From an uncultured Gaiellaceae bacterium (GTDB taxonomy: Bacteria > Actinomycetota > Thermoleophilia > Gaiellales > Gaiellaceae), in contig CAVSRW010000017.1 in assembly GCA_963730405.1 (NCBI GenBank), positions 20,955 to 84,954 on the forward strand: a stretch of 64,000 nt of DNA, written 5' to 3'. Below, in pieces: positions 57,543 to 64,000 of this stretch. The notes under the pieces are model-generated. The model was not told where the DNA came from, did no database searches, and was given only the letters and a program-made list of their open reading frames with translations. Each line of letters begins with the position of its first letter. Within the stretch, counting starts at the first letter, position 1. The position numbers and the translations under genes are program-made.

Positions 57543-58183
57543 CGCGCCACGACGTCGTCGAGGACCCGGCCGAACTCCGCCGGCCGCTCGAGGCTCGCGA
57601 GGTGGCCGCACTCCGGCAGCACGACGGCGCGCGGCTCGAACGCCAGCGCGTCCTCGACCGGTACGAACGGGTCGCGGTCGCCGACGATCGTCAGCGCCCG
57701 CTCGCCGAGCGCACGGTATGCAGCGGTCGAGTCGGGCCGGTCGCGGATCGCTCCGAGCGCCGTCACCAGCTCGTCCTCGGTGCGGTCGAGCGCGAGCTCA
57801 CGCGCCCCCGCGACCACGGCCGGATCGCTGTGCTCGCCGAAGAGCGACTCGCGCATCGCGTCCCAGACCCCCTCTGCACCGCGCTCCCGGGCGATCGCGA
57901 TCGTCTCGGCCCGCTTCGCGTACCGCTCCGGCGTATCGGGCTCGGGTCGGGAGCCGACGAGGAGGAGCCCGGCGAGCCGGTCGGGCGCGCGGCGCGCGGC
58001 CGCCAGCGCCGCATAGCCGCCCATCGAGGCGCCGACGAGGATCAGCCGGCCCGGAAACGCCTCGAGCACGGCGTCGGCCCAGTCGTCCATCGTCGCGCCG
58101 AGACCGTAGAGCCGCGGCGCGTCGGCGTGCGCGGGCCACATCCGCTCGTCGAGCGGGAACGCGTGCAGGAAGACGACGGTCAC
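57533..58183 (-). CDS. alpha/beta-fold hydrolase
   Basis: VVFLHAFPLDERMW..LVGASMGG..CGHLASLERP. GTGA overlap with the GST-like gene. Confidence 0.85.
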   Translation of the reverse strand: MTVVFLHAFPLDERMWPAHADAPRLYGLGATMDDWADAVLEAFPGRLILVGASMGGYAALAAARRAPDRLAGLLLVGSRPEPDTPERYAKRAETIAIARERGAEGVWDAMRESLFGEHSDPAVVAGARELALDRTEDELVTALGAIRDRPDSTAAYRALGERALTIVGDRDPFVPVEDALAFEPRAVVLPECGHLASLERPAEFGRVLDDVVARWM

Positions 58184-58755
58184 AGCGCTGCGACGAGGAG
58201 TCGCTCGGCGGCCAAGGACGGCCGCTCGCAGGCACGCTCGACCCAGGCAGCCAGCGACGGCCACGGCTCGAGCTCGATCCCGAGGAGGTCGCGCGCCCGG
58301 AGCAGCCAGGGCAGGAAGGCGATGTCGGCGAGGCCGAACGCGCGGCCGCTCAGCCAAGGCGACCCGGCCAGAAGCCGGTCGAGGAACGCGAGCTCCTCCT
58401 CGAAGCCGCTGCGCGCGCCCTCGTCCCCGCGCCGCAGGGCGTAGTACGGCCGCGAGAAGTCGTCGAAGCGGAAAACGAGGAGTCGCCCCGCAGCACGCTC
58501 CCCGGGGTCGTCAGGCCAAAGCGGCGGCTCGGGATACCGCTCGTTCAGGTACTCGCCGATCACCGCCGACTCGGGCAGCACCCAGCCGTCCTCCTCGAGC
58601 ACCGGCACCTTGCCCGACGGGTTCAGCTCGTAGAGCCAGGCGGGGCGGTCGCGGAGGTCGATCTCGACCGTCTCGTACGGGATCCCCTTCTCGGCGAGAA
58701 CGATCCGGACGCGAGCGCAGTAGGGGCAGCGCGCGGCGTCGTAGAGCGTCGTCAT
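58180..58755 (-). CDS. glutathione S-transferase family protein with CPYC (glutaredoxin-like) N-terminal domain
   Basis: LYDAARCPYCARVRIVLAEKGIPYE..KVPVLE..ESAVIGEYL. ATGA overlap with the GNAT gene. Confidence 0.85.
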   Translation of the reverse strand: MTTLYDAARCPYCARVRIVLAEKGIPYETVEIDLRDRPAWLYELNPSGKVPVLEEDGWVLPESAVIGEYLNERYPEPPLWPDDPGERAAGRLLVFRFDDFSRPYYALRRGDEGARSGFEEELAFLDRLLAGSPWLSGRAFGLADIAFLPWLLRARDLLGIELEPWPSLAAWVERACERPSLAAERLLVAAL

Positions 58756-59711
58756 GCCTCCTGCCACCCGCGTTCGGCGCCTTCGAGCCCGATCGCCGCG
58801 GCAATCGACACGAGCAGCTCCTGCGGCGGCGGCAGCTCGGCCGGCGAAGCCCCGGTCCGGGCGACGGCGCGCACAGCGGCCGGATCGGCGCCCGTCAGGC
58901 GCGCGACGACGCGCGGGTTCGCCGCCAGCGCGATCGCGTCTCCGGGCGGCAGCGCGCCGTAGTGCTCGGGCACCGAGAGGTACTCGTCGACGATGCGTCC
59001 CGCCTCGAAGAGGACGAAGCGGACGACCTGCTCGTGCTCGACGCCGATCGCGACCGTGACGGCGGCGGTGCGAACGGACAGCTCCCTCGCCAGACGCCGG
59101 AGGGCCGCTGGGTCACGATCGCACGCCTCGTCGTAGACGGTGATCCAGCCGTTCCGCGGACTGGTCACCTCGCTCCCGCGCGAGCCCCCCGGGAGCCTCG
59201 GCACGAACTGCTGCACCGCGCGCTCGATCGCGGTCAGATCGTCCGTCTGAACGTGGATCGAGCCGTAGGAGCGCCCGACCCCGACCTCGCGCACCTCGAG
59301 CGGCAGGACGAGGTTGCGCGACTCCTCGCGGAAGCCGAGCCGCTCGTAGAAGTCGCGTGCCCTGGGGTTCGCGTTCAGGAAGAGGTGCGTCGCCCCCCGT
59401 GCCCGGAGGTTCTCGATCACCGTGTCCACGAGCAGCCGCCCGGTGCCGTGGCGACGGTCGGCCTCGGCGACGTAGAGGTCGCCGATCCTGGCGAAGTGAT
59501 CGTCGAGCCAGGCGGTGACGAAGCCGACCGGCCGGCCGTCCTCCTCGGCGACGAAGAGCGCGTTGGCGTCGAGCGACTGCTCGAACTCCGGGCGGTTCGC
59601 CTCCCAGCTGACGTCCGCCCATGGCGGAGGCGGCGGGCCCTCGGCCTGCCACTGATCCCAGAGCGCGTGCAGCGCGTCGAAGTCGTCGGCGGTGGCGTGG
59701 CGGACAGTCAT
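58752..59711 (-). CDS. GNAT N-acetyltransferase with an uncharacterised C-terminal domain of about 170 aa
   Basis: GDLYVAEADRRHGTGRLLVD..ANPRARDFYERLGF is acetyl-CoA motif A. The C-terminal half has no recognised family. Confidence 0.8.
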   Translation of the reverse strand: MTVRHATADDFDALHALWDQWQAEGPPPPPWADVSWEANRPEFEQSLDANALFVAEEDGRPVGFVTAWLDDHFARIGDLYVAEADRRHGTGRLLVDTVIENLRARGATHLFLNANPRARDFYERLGFREESRNLVLPLEVREVGVGRSYGSIHVQTDDLTAIERAVQQFVPRLPGGSRGSEVTSPRNGWITVYDEACDRDPAALRRLARELSVRTAAVTVAIGVEHEQVVRFVLFEAGRIVDEYLSVPEHYGALPPGDAIALAANPRVVARLTGADPAAVRAVARTGASPAELPPPQELLVSIAAAIGLEGAERGWQEA

Positions 59712-60523
59712 GTGGGCGGAAAGAGACGGAGTCCGGTCAGGAGGTAGTGGGCGCTCAAGTTCTCGTAGGGGTGGAAGCGTTGCGCGAAGCCTCGAAGGTC
59801 GGGCACGTCACCATAGAACGCCGCGGCCGCCTTCCGCAGTCCCAGGTCGCCGGCGGGCCATGCGTGCGGCCGTGCGAGATGCCGGGCGAGGAACCAGTCC
59901 GCCGTCCATTCGCCGAGGCCGCGAAGCGCGACGAGCCGTGCCCGCACCTCCTCGTCGGGGAGCGCGGCGAGGGCGTCGAGGTCGAGGTCGCTTTGCGCAA
60001 GCGCGATCACGTACTCGGCCTTCCGGTTCGAGAAGCCGAGGCCGAAGAGCTCGCCCTCGGTCGCCTCTGCGACGCGCGCCCGCTCGGGGAAGGCGTGGGC
60101 GTACTCGTACGGATCGCCGTAGCGCTCGATGAAGCGGCTGCGGATCGCGGCCGCGGACTGGAGCGAGACCTGCTGCGCGGTGATCGAGGTGACGAGCGCC
60201 TCGAACGGGTTCGTCTGCAGCGGCGGCCGGTAGCCGGCGAGGCCGGCGGCCAGCCGCTCGAGCACCGGCTGGTCGCGCGCCCATTCGGCGAACCCGGCCA
60301 GGTCGAACGGGAGCCCGAGAAAGTGCAGAACCCGTTCCTCGATCGCGCCGTCGTGGGGCGTGACGTCGACGCCCCCCGGCGCGGCCTCGATTCGCACCTC
60401 GCGCCCCTCGAAGACGCGGTGGATCCCCTCGTCCCGCCAGACCGTCGCGCGGTCGAGGCCGTAGACGTCGAAGCGGGCGGTCGAGAGGGCGAAGTCGTAC
60501 GGCTGCGGCAGCGGGACGAGCAC
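59708..60523 (-). CDS. alkA: DNA-3-methyladenine glycosylase II (HhH-GPD superfamily)
   Basis: ITAQQVSLQSAAAIRSRF..LVALRGLGEWTADWFL..WPAGDLGLRKA. Confidence 0.82.
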   Translation of the reverse strand: MLVPLPQPYDFALSTARFDVYGLDRATVWRDEGIHRVFEGREVRIEAAPGGVDVTPHDGAIEERVLHFLGLPFDLAGFAEWARDQPVLERLAAGLAGYRPPLQTNPFEALVTSITAQQVSLQSAAAIRSRFIERYGDPYEYAHAFPERARVAEATEGELFGLGFSNRKAEYVIALAQSDLDLDALAALPDEEVRARLVALRGLGEWTADWFLARHLARPHAWPAGDLGLRKAAAAFYGDVPDLRGFAQRFHPYENLSAHYLLTGLRLFPPT

Positions 60524-60559
60524 ATCGCCATGCTTTCAAGTCAGCCGCGGGCGCTGCCG

Positions 60560-61603
60560 ATGACTCCGACCATGCGCCGCCTCGCCGCCATCGCTCTCTG
60601 CGCGCTCGCACTGCCCTCGACCGCAGTCGCGGCCGAGCGCTCCTGGGCGCACCGGCAGATCGCGGCGGTCGTCGACGCCGGCCTGCTGGCCGCGTCGGTC
60701 GAGGCGTTCAAGCCGCAGCGTCCGCTGACCCAGCGCGCCCTCGGCGACGCACTCGGGACGCTCTCGCTCACCGCCGAGGCACCGTCCGGCTATCACTACG
60801 CGGTTGTCGTGCCCGGGCGGGCAGTCACGATCCGCGAGCTCGACGCCGCCCTCGTCGGCTTCCTCGGCCTCGGCGACGCAGCCCGCTCGGTCACCGCCGC
60901 GCTGCGCGCCGCCGGCCTCGTCCCGAAGCCGGGCGTCGGCACCGAGACCGTCGCCAGGCTGCTCGGCCTGCGCACGAACCATCCGGCCGCGCAGGACGAG
61001 CTCGAGCTCGGGCTCAACGACCCGGCCACGCGTGCCGAGGCCGCGTACTCGTTCGCCCGCGTGCTCCGGCTCTCGGGCTGGGAGCAGGAGCAGATCCGCA
61101 CGCTCACCGCGGCGATCGTCCTCCCCCAACCGACCGAGCCGCAGCGGCAGATCCTCGATCGCGCGATCTCGTTCGTCGGCTCGCCGTACATCTGGGGTGG
61201 CACGTCGGAGTCGGCACAGCGGCTCTGGAACGGCAGGCGGCTTCCCGGCGGCTTCGACTGCTCCGGGTTCGTCTGGCGCGTCTTCAAGCTCGAGCCGTTC
61301 CCCGGCGCGTCGGCGCTCGCGACCGTCGTCCGCGGCCGCACGACCTACGAGATGTCCGGCGAGGTCGCGCCGGCACAGCGGATCAGGAAGCTCGAGAGCC
61401 TGCAGCCCGGCGACCTGCTCTTCCAGGGCGCCCAGGGGCCGAAGTCGAAGCCGGCCCAGGTCGACCACGCGGGGATCTACCTCGGCGGCGGCTGGTTCGT
61501 CCACTCGTCCGGAAGCGGCACCACCCTGCATCCGTTCGAAGGGTGGTACCGCAACCGGTTCGCCTGGGCCAGGCGCCCTCTGCGCGAAGCAGGGCTCGCC
61601 TAG
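60560..61603 (+). CDS. secreted NlpC/P60 (C40) cell-wall peptidase
   Basis: Signal peptide MTPTMRRLAAIALCALALPSTAVA. The C-terminal domain has YIWGGTS..GFDCSGFVWRVF..DHAGIYLGGGWFVHSS (Cys/His). Confidence 0.88.
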   Translation: MTPTMRRLAAIALCALALPSTAVAAERSWAHRQIAAVVDAGLLAASVEAFKPQRPLTQRALGDALGTLSLTAEAPSGYHYAVVVPGRAVTIRELDAALVGFLGLGDAARSVTAALRAAGLVPKPGVGTETVARLLGLRTNHPAAQDELELGLNDPATRAEAAYSFARVLRLSGWEQEQIRTLTAAIVLPQPTEPQRQILDRAISFVGSPYIWGGTSESAQRLWNGRRLPGGFDCSGFVWRVFKLEPFPGASALATVVRGRTTYEMSGEVAPAQRIRKLESLQPGDLLFQGAQGPKSKPAQVDHAGIYLGGGWFVHSSGSGTTLHPFEGWYRNRFAWARRPLREAGLA

Positions 61604-61613
61604 CCGTCTGTGA

Positions 61614-62222
61614 TCAGTGGGTGGGCGGGGTTCCTCCTAGGAGGCTCGCCACGTCGTGAAGGTCGTCGAACCGCTCGTACGGGACGCCGAGGCGGTCGAG
61701 GTGGTCGGCGAGGGCGTCGCGCGCGAGGATCCGGTCGGCCGCGAGCGCGGCGCAGCGGTCCGAGTAGCCGTCGCCGACGTACGCGTACGGCTCGCCGGCG
61801 AGGCCGCCGCGCTTGCAGGGCTCGCCGCACGTCGCGCAGACCGCCTCGTCGCGGAAGTGGACGACCCAGCCGTCGGGGCCTGCCTCGACCGTGTTCGCGA
61901 GCACGGGCAGCTCGACACCCTCGCGCAGGAGCACGGGCCCGATCAGCTCGAGGAAGCCTGCCGACACGATCATCGGGCGGAGCTCCGCGAGCTCGGCCAG
62001 CCCCGGCCGCACCTCGACGTGCTCGAGCACCCAGGCGACCACGTCCTCGAGCGGAGCAGTGATCGCGGCGAACTCGAGCGCGATCTCCTCGTGCAGCGTC
62101 AGGTCGACGCCGACGCGCGGCTCCAGCTCTCCAAGTAGGTCAGCGTCGCCGAACTCGTGGATCACCTGGACGAGCGAGTCCTGGACGGTGACCGTCCCGT
62201 CCCAGTCGACGACGACCCGCAA
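61614..62222 (-). CDS. HAD-IB family phosphatase (MtnX/PSP-like)
   Basis: MRVVVDWDGTVT..VSAGF..YVGDGYSD. Confidence 0.75.
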   Translation of the reverse strand: MRVVVDWDGTVTVQDSLVQVIHEFGDADLLGELEPRVGVDLTLHEEIALEFAAITAPLEDVVAWVLEHVEVRPGLAELAELRPMIVSAGFLELIGPVLLREGVELPVLANTVEAGPDGWVVHFRDEAVCATCGEPCKRGGLAGEPYAYVGDGYSDRCAALAADRILARDALADHLDRLGVPYERFDDLHDVASLLGGTPPTH

Positions 62223-62225
62223 GCG

Positions 62226-63419
62226 TCAGACGTGCGACGTGAGGCCGGCGTCGTAGCCCGCGTCTGCGTCGCTCTCGTACCAGGAGAGCGCGTACTTGCC
62301 GTCGTCGAGGTCGCGCGCGAGCGTCGTCAGCCGCAGCGGGTTGAACGTGTCGCACATGACCGCGAGCTCACCCGTCTCGTGCAGGCCGATCGACTTCTCG
62401 GCGAGGCCCGGCTGCGGGCCGTGCGGCAGCCCCGACGGGTGCAGCGTGATCGAGCCGACGTCGACGCCCTTGCGCGAGCCGAAGTTGCCGGAGACGTAAT
62501 AGATCATCTCCTCGCTCTGCAGGTTCGAGTGGTGGTACGGGATCGGGATCGCGAGCGGGTCGAAGTCGAGCTTGCGCGGGCAGAACGAGCAGATGACGAA
62601 GTTGCGCCCGGCGAAGGTCTGGTGCGACGGCGGCGGCTGGTGGATCCGGCCCGTGATCGGCTCGAAGTCGTGGATCGAGAACGTCCAGGGGTAGAGGTAG
62701 CCGTCCCAGCCGACGACGTCGAACGGGTGGTAGTCCAGGACATAGGTCTGGTAGCCGTCGCGGACGCGCACCTTGACCGGGAACTCGCCCTTCTCGCGGT
62801 GGGTGTTCAGCTCCGTCGGCGGGTGGATGTCGCGGTGGTAGTACGGCGCGCCCTCGATGATCTGGCCGTACTGGTTTCGGTAGCGGCGCGGGATCTCGAT
62901 CAGACCCGGAGTCTCGAAGATCAGGTAGCGCTGCTCGCCCTCCGGCCGGAAGCGGTACGTCGTGCCGCGCGGGACGACGACGTAGTCGCCGTCCTTGTAG
63001 GGCAGCTCGCCGAAGATCGTCTCCAGCGTGCCCGTGCCCTCGTGGACGAAGATCACCTCGTCGCCTTCGCCGTTGCGGAAGAAGTAGTCCATCTGCTCGC
63101 TCGGGCGGCAGAGCGAGATCTCGACGTCCTGGTTCCACATCAGCAACCGCCTGCCGCTCACCTCGTCGCCGCCGGCCTCGATCCCCTTCGTGTGCATCAT
63201 CCGGTGCACGTGGGTGTCGGGCACCCACTCGTCGCGCACGATCTGCTCGAACTCACCGATCTCCTGCACGCGGCAGGGCGACTGGAGGTGGTAGAGGATC
63301 GACTCGTTGCCCGTGAAGCCCTCGAGCCCCATCACCTCCTCGGTCAGGAGCGTGCCGTTGTCGCGGAACTGGATGTGGCGTTTGCGGGGAACGTCGCCGA
63401 GACGCTGGTAGAAGGGCAT
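62226..63419 (-). CDS. hmgA: homogentisate 1,2-dioxygenase (short bacterial type)
   Basis: 397-aa cupin-type protein with ..FETPGLIEIP..YHPFDVVGWDGYLYPW..HQPPPSHQTF..YHHSNLQSEE..LHPSGLPHGPQPG. Start set at ATG 63419 within track ORF 62226..63731. Confidence 0.85.
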   Translation of the reverse strand: MPFYQRLGDVPRKRHIQFRDNGTLLTEEVMGLEGFTGNESILYHLQSPCRVQEIGEFEQIVRDEWVPDTHVHRMMHTKGIEAGGDEVSGRRLLMWNQDVEISLCRPSEQMDYFFRNGEGDEVIFVHEGTGTLETIFGELPYKDGDYVVVPRGTTYRFRPEGEQRYLIFETPGLIEIPRRYRNQYGQIIEGAPYYHRDIHPPTELNTHREKGEFPVKVRVRDGYQTYVLDYHPFDVVGWDGYLYPWTFSIHDFEPITGRIHQPPPSHQTFAGRNFVICSFCPRKLDFDPLAIPIPYHHSNLQSEEMIYYVSGNFGSRKGVDVGSITLHPSGLPHGPQPGLAEKSIGLHETGELAVMCDTFNPLRLTTLARDLDDGKYALSWYESDADAGYDAGLTSHV

Positions 63420-63481
63420 GCGCCGAGGATACCCCCGGCGCAGGGAACGAAGCGCACCACAGCCCGTTCCGGAGGACTGAG

Positions 63482-64000
63482 TCAGGCGACGAACGCGGCG
63501 AGCTCGCCGAGGCCGTCGAACACGACGACGAAGCCGCCGCTCTCGATCCCCTCGTGCAGCTCGAGCACGGGGCCGGCGAGCAGGTCGCCGGGGCGCAGCC
63601 GCGTGTTCGCCGCGGCGAGGGTCCGCGCGGCCTCCCAGTCGAAGCGGTCCGCGAGCTCGGTCTCCACCACCGGGCCGAGCAGGAGCGCGAAGTCGCGGTC
63701 CTTGGGGGACGCGAGCTCGGGCGCGCGCCATTCGACCAGGCCGGTCCAGCCGGCGATCGCCCCGTCTGCGCCGATCACCGCGACGAGCCGGGTCGCGGCG
63801 TCGAGGCGGCCGTCGGGCCGCGGGATCTCGCTTCCGGGCGAGCGGATCGCGGTCGGGTTCGCGAACGAGAACGCGCCGGGCCCCTCGAAAATGCGGATCG
63901 CCGGCGGCTCGAGCACCGGCGCGCGCAGATGCACTGCGTCGAGCGCAAAGACCGCGTGCTCGCGCGCGGACGACCCGCTCGCGAAGAAGGACTGAAGCGT
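63482..64000 (-). CDS. fumarylacetoacetate hydrolase (FAH)-family protein, probably 5'-truncated by the window end
   Basis: RLVAVIGADG..RLRPGDLLAGPV. The reading frame stays open upstream of the track start (GTG 63934) to the window edge. It lies next to hmgA. Confidence 0.6.
   Translation of the reverse strand, partial: TLQSFFASGSSAREHAVFALDAVHLRAPVLEPPAIRIFEGPGAFSFANPTAIRSPGSEIPRPDGRLDAATRLVAVIGADGAIAGWTGLVEWRAPELASPKDRDFALLLGPVVETELADRFDWEAARTLAAANTRLRPGDLLAGPVLELHEGIESGGFVVVFDGLGELAAFVA

Noticed and set aside
60524-60559. ydaO/c-di-AMP-type riboswitch upstream of the NlpC/P60 hydrolase gene
   Set aside because: Only 36 nt separate it from the divergent alkA start, and no conserved riboswitch elements were seen.

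Overview
This is a very GC-rich, tightly packed bacterial chromosomal window with Actinobacteria-like gene content and style. It has many GTG starts, about 18 co-directional ATGA/GTGA stop-start overlaps, and divergent genes whose start codons abut or overlap. I support about 75 protein genes. I found no rRNA, tRNA, transposase, integrase or CRISPR array.

Housekeeping content:
- ileS (partial), trxA, fabI, alr, nnr, acpS, arfB, glmS-glmM, rplM-rpsI, guaB-guaA, pyrF, pyrE, hup, murI-rph-mgtC-rdgB, hmgA/FAH.
- A copZ-X-copA-csoR copper operon with a CsoR-type operator.
- A formate dehydrogenase cluster: a NuoE/F-like subunit, fdhA with an in-frame Sec-UGA plus SECIS, birA, mobA and fdhD.

Most interesting observations:
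1. A 19-23 bp AT-rich perfect palindrome, GC-TTGTGTTTC-A-GAAACACAA-GC, occurs four times as two pairs. One pair sits in-frame inside a membrane-protein CDS. The other brackets a nested hairpin that holds the mobA start codons.
2. A second in-frame-TGA gene is an AhpE-like peroxiredoxin with the TGA exactly on the peroxidatic Cys and a SECIS-like hairpin. The ORF track misses it.
3. A SipW-type (Ser/His) signal peptidase is fused to a long membrane/extracellular extension. It is flanked by two small secreted proteins that share an ATN(T/A)VP N-terminal motif.
4. Four genes (alr, the SipW-like gene, acyP and a GATase) have conserved motifs that continue in a neighbouring frame after a single-nucleotide indel.
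5. Two genes have no canonical start codon upstream of essential N-terminal motifs.

Many long ORFs in the track are antisense or off-frame shadows typical of high-GC DNA, and I did not call them.
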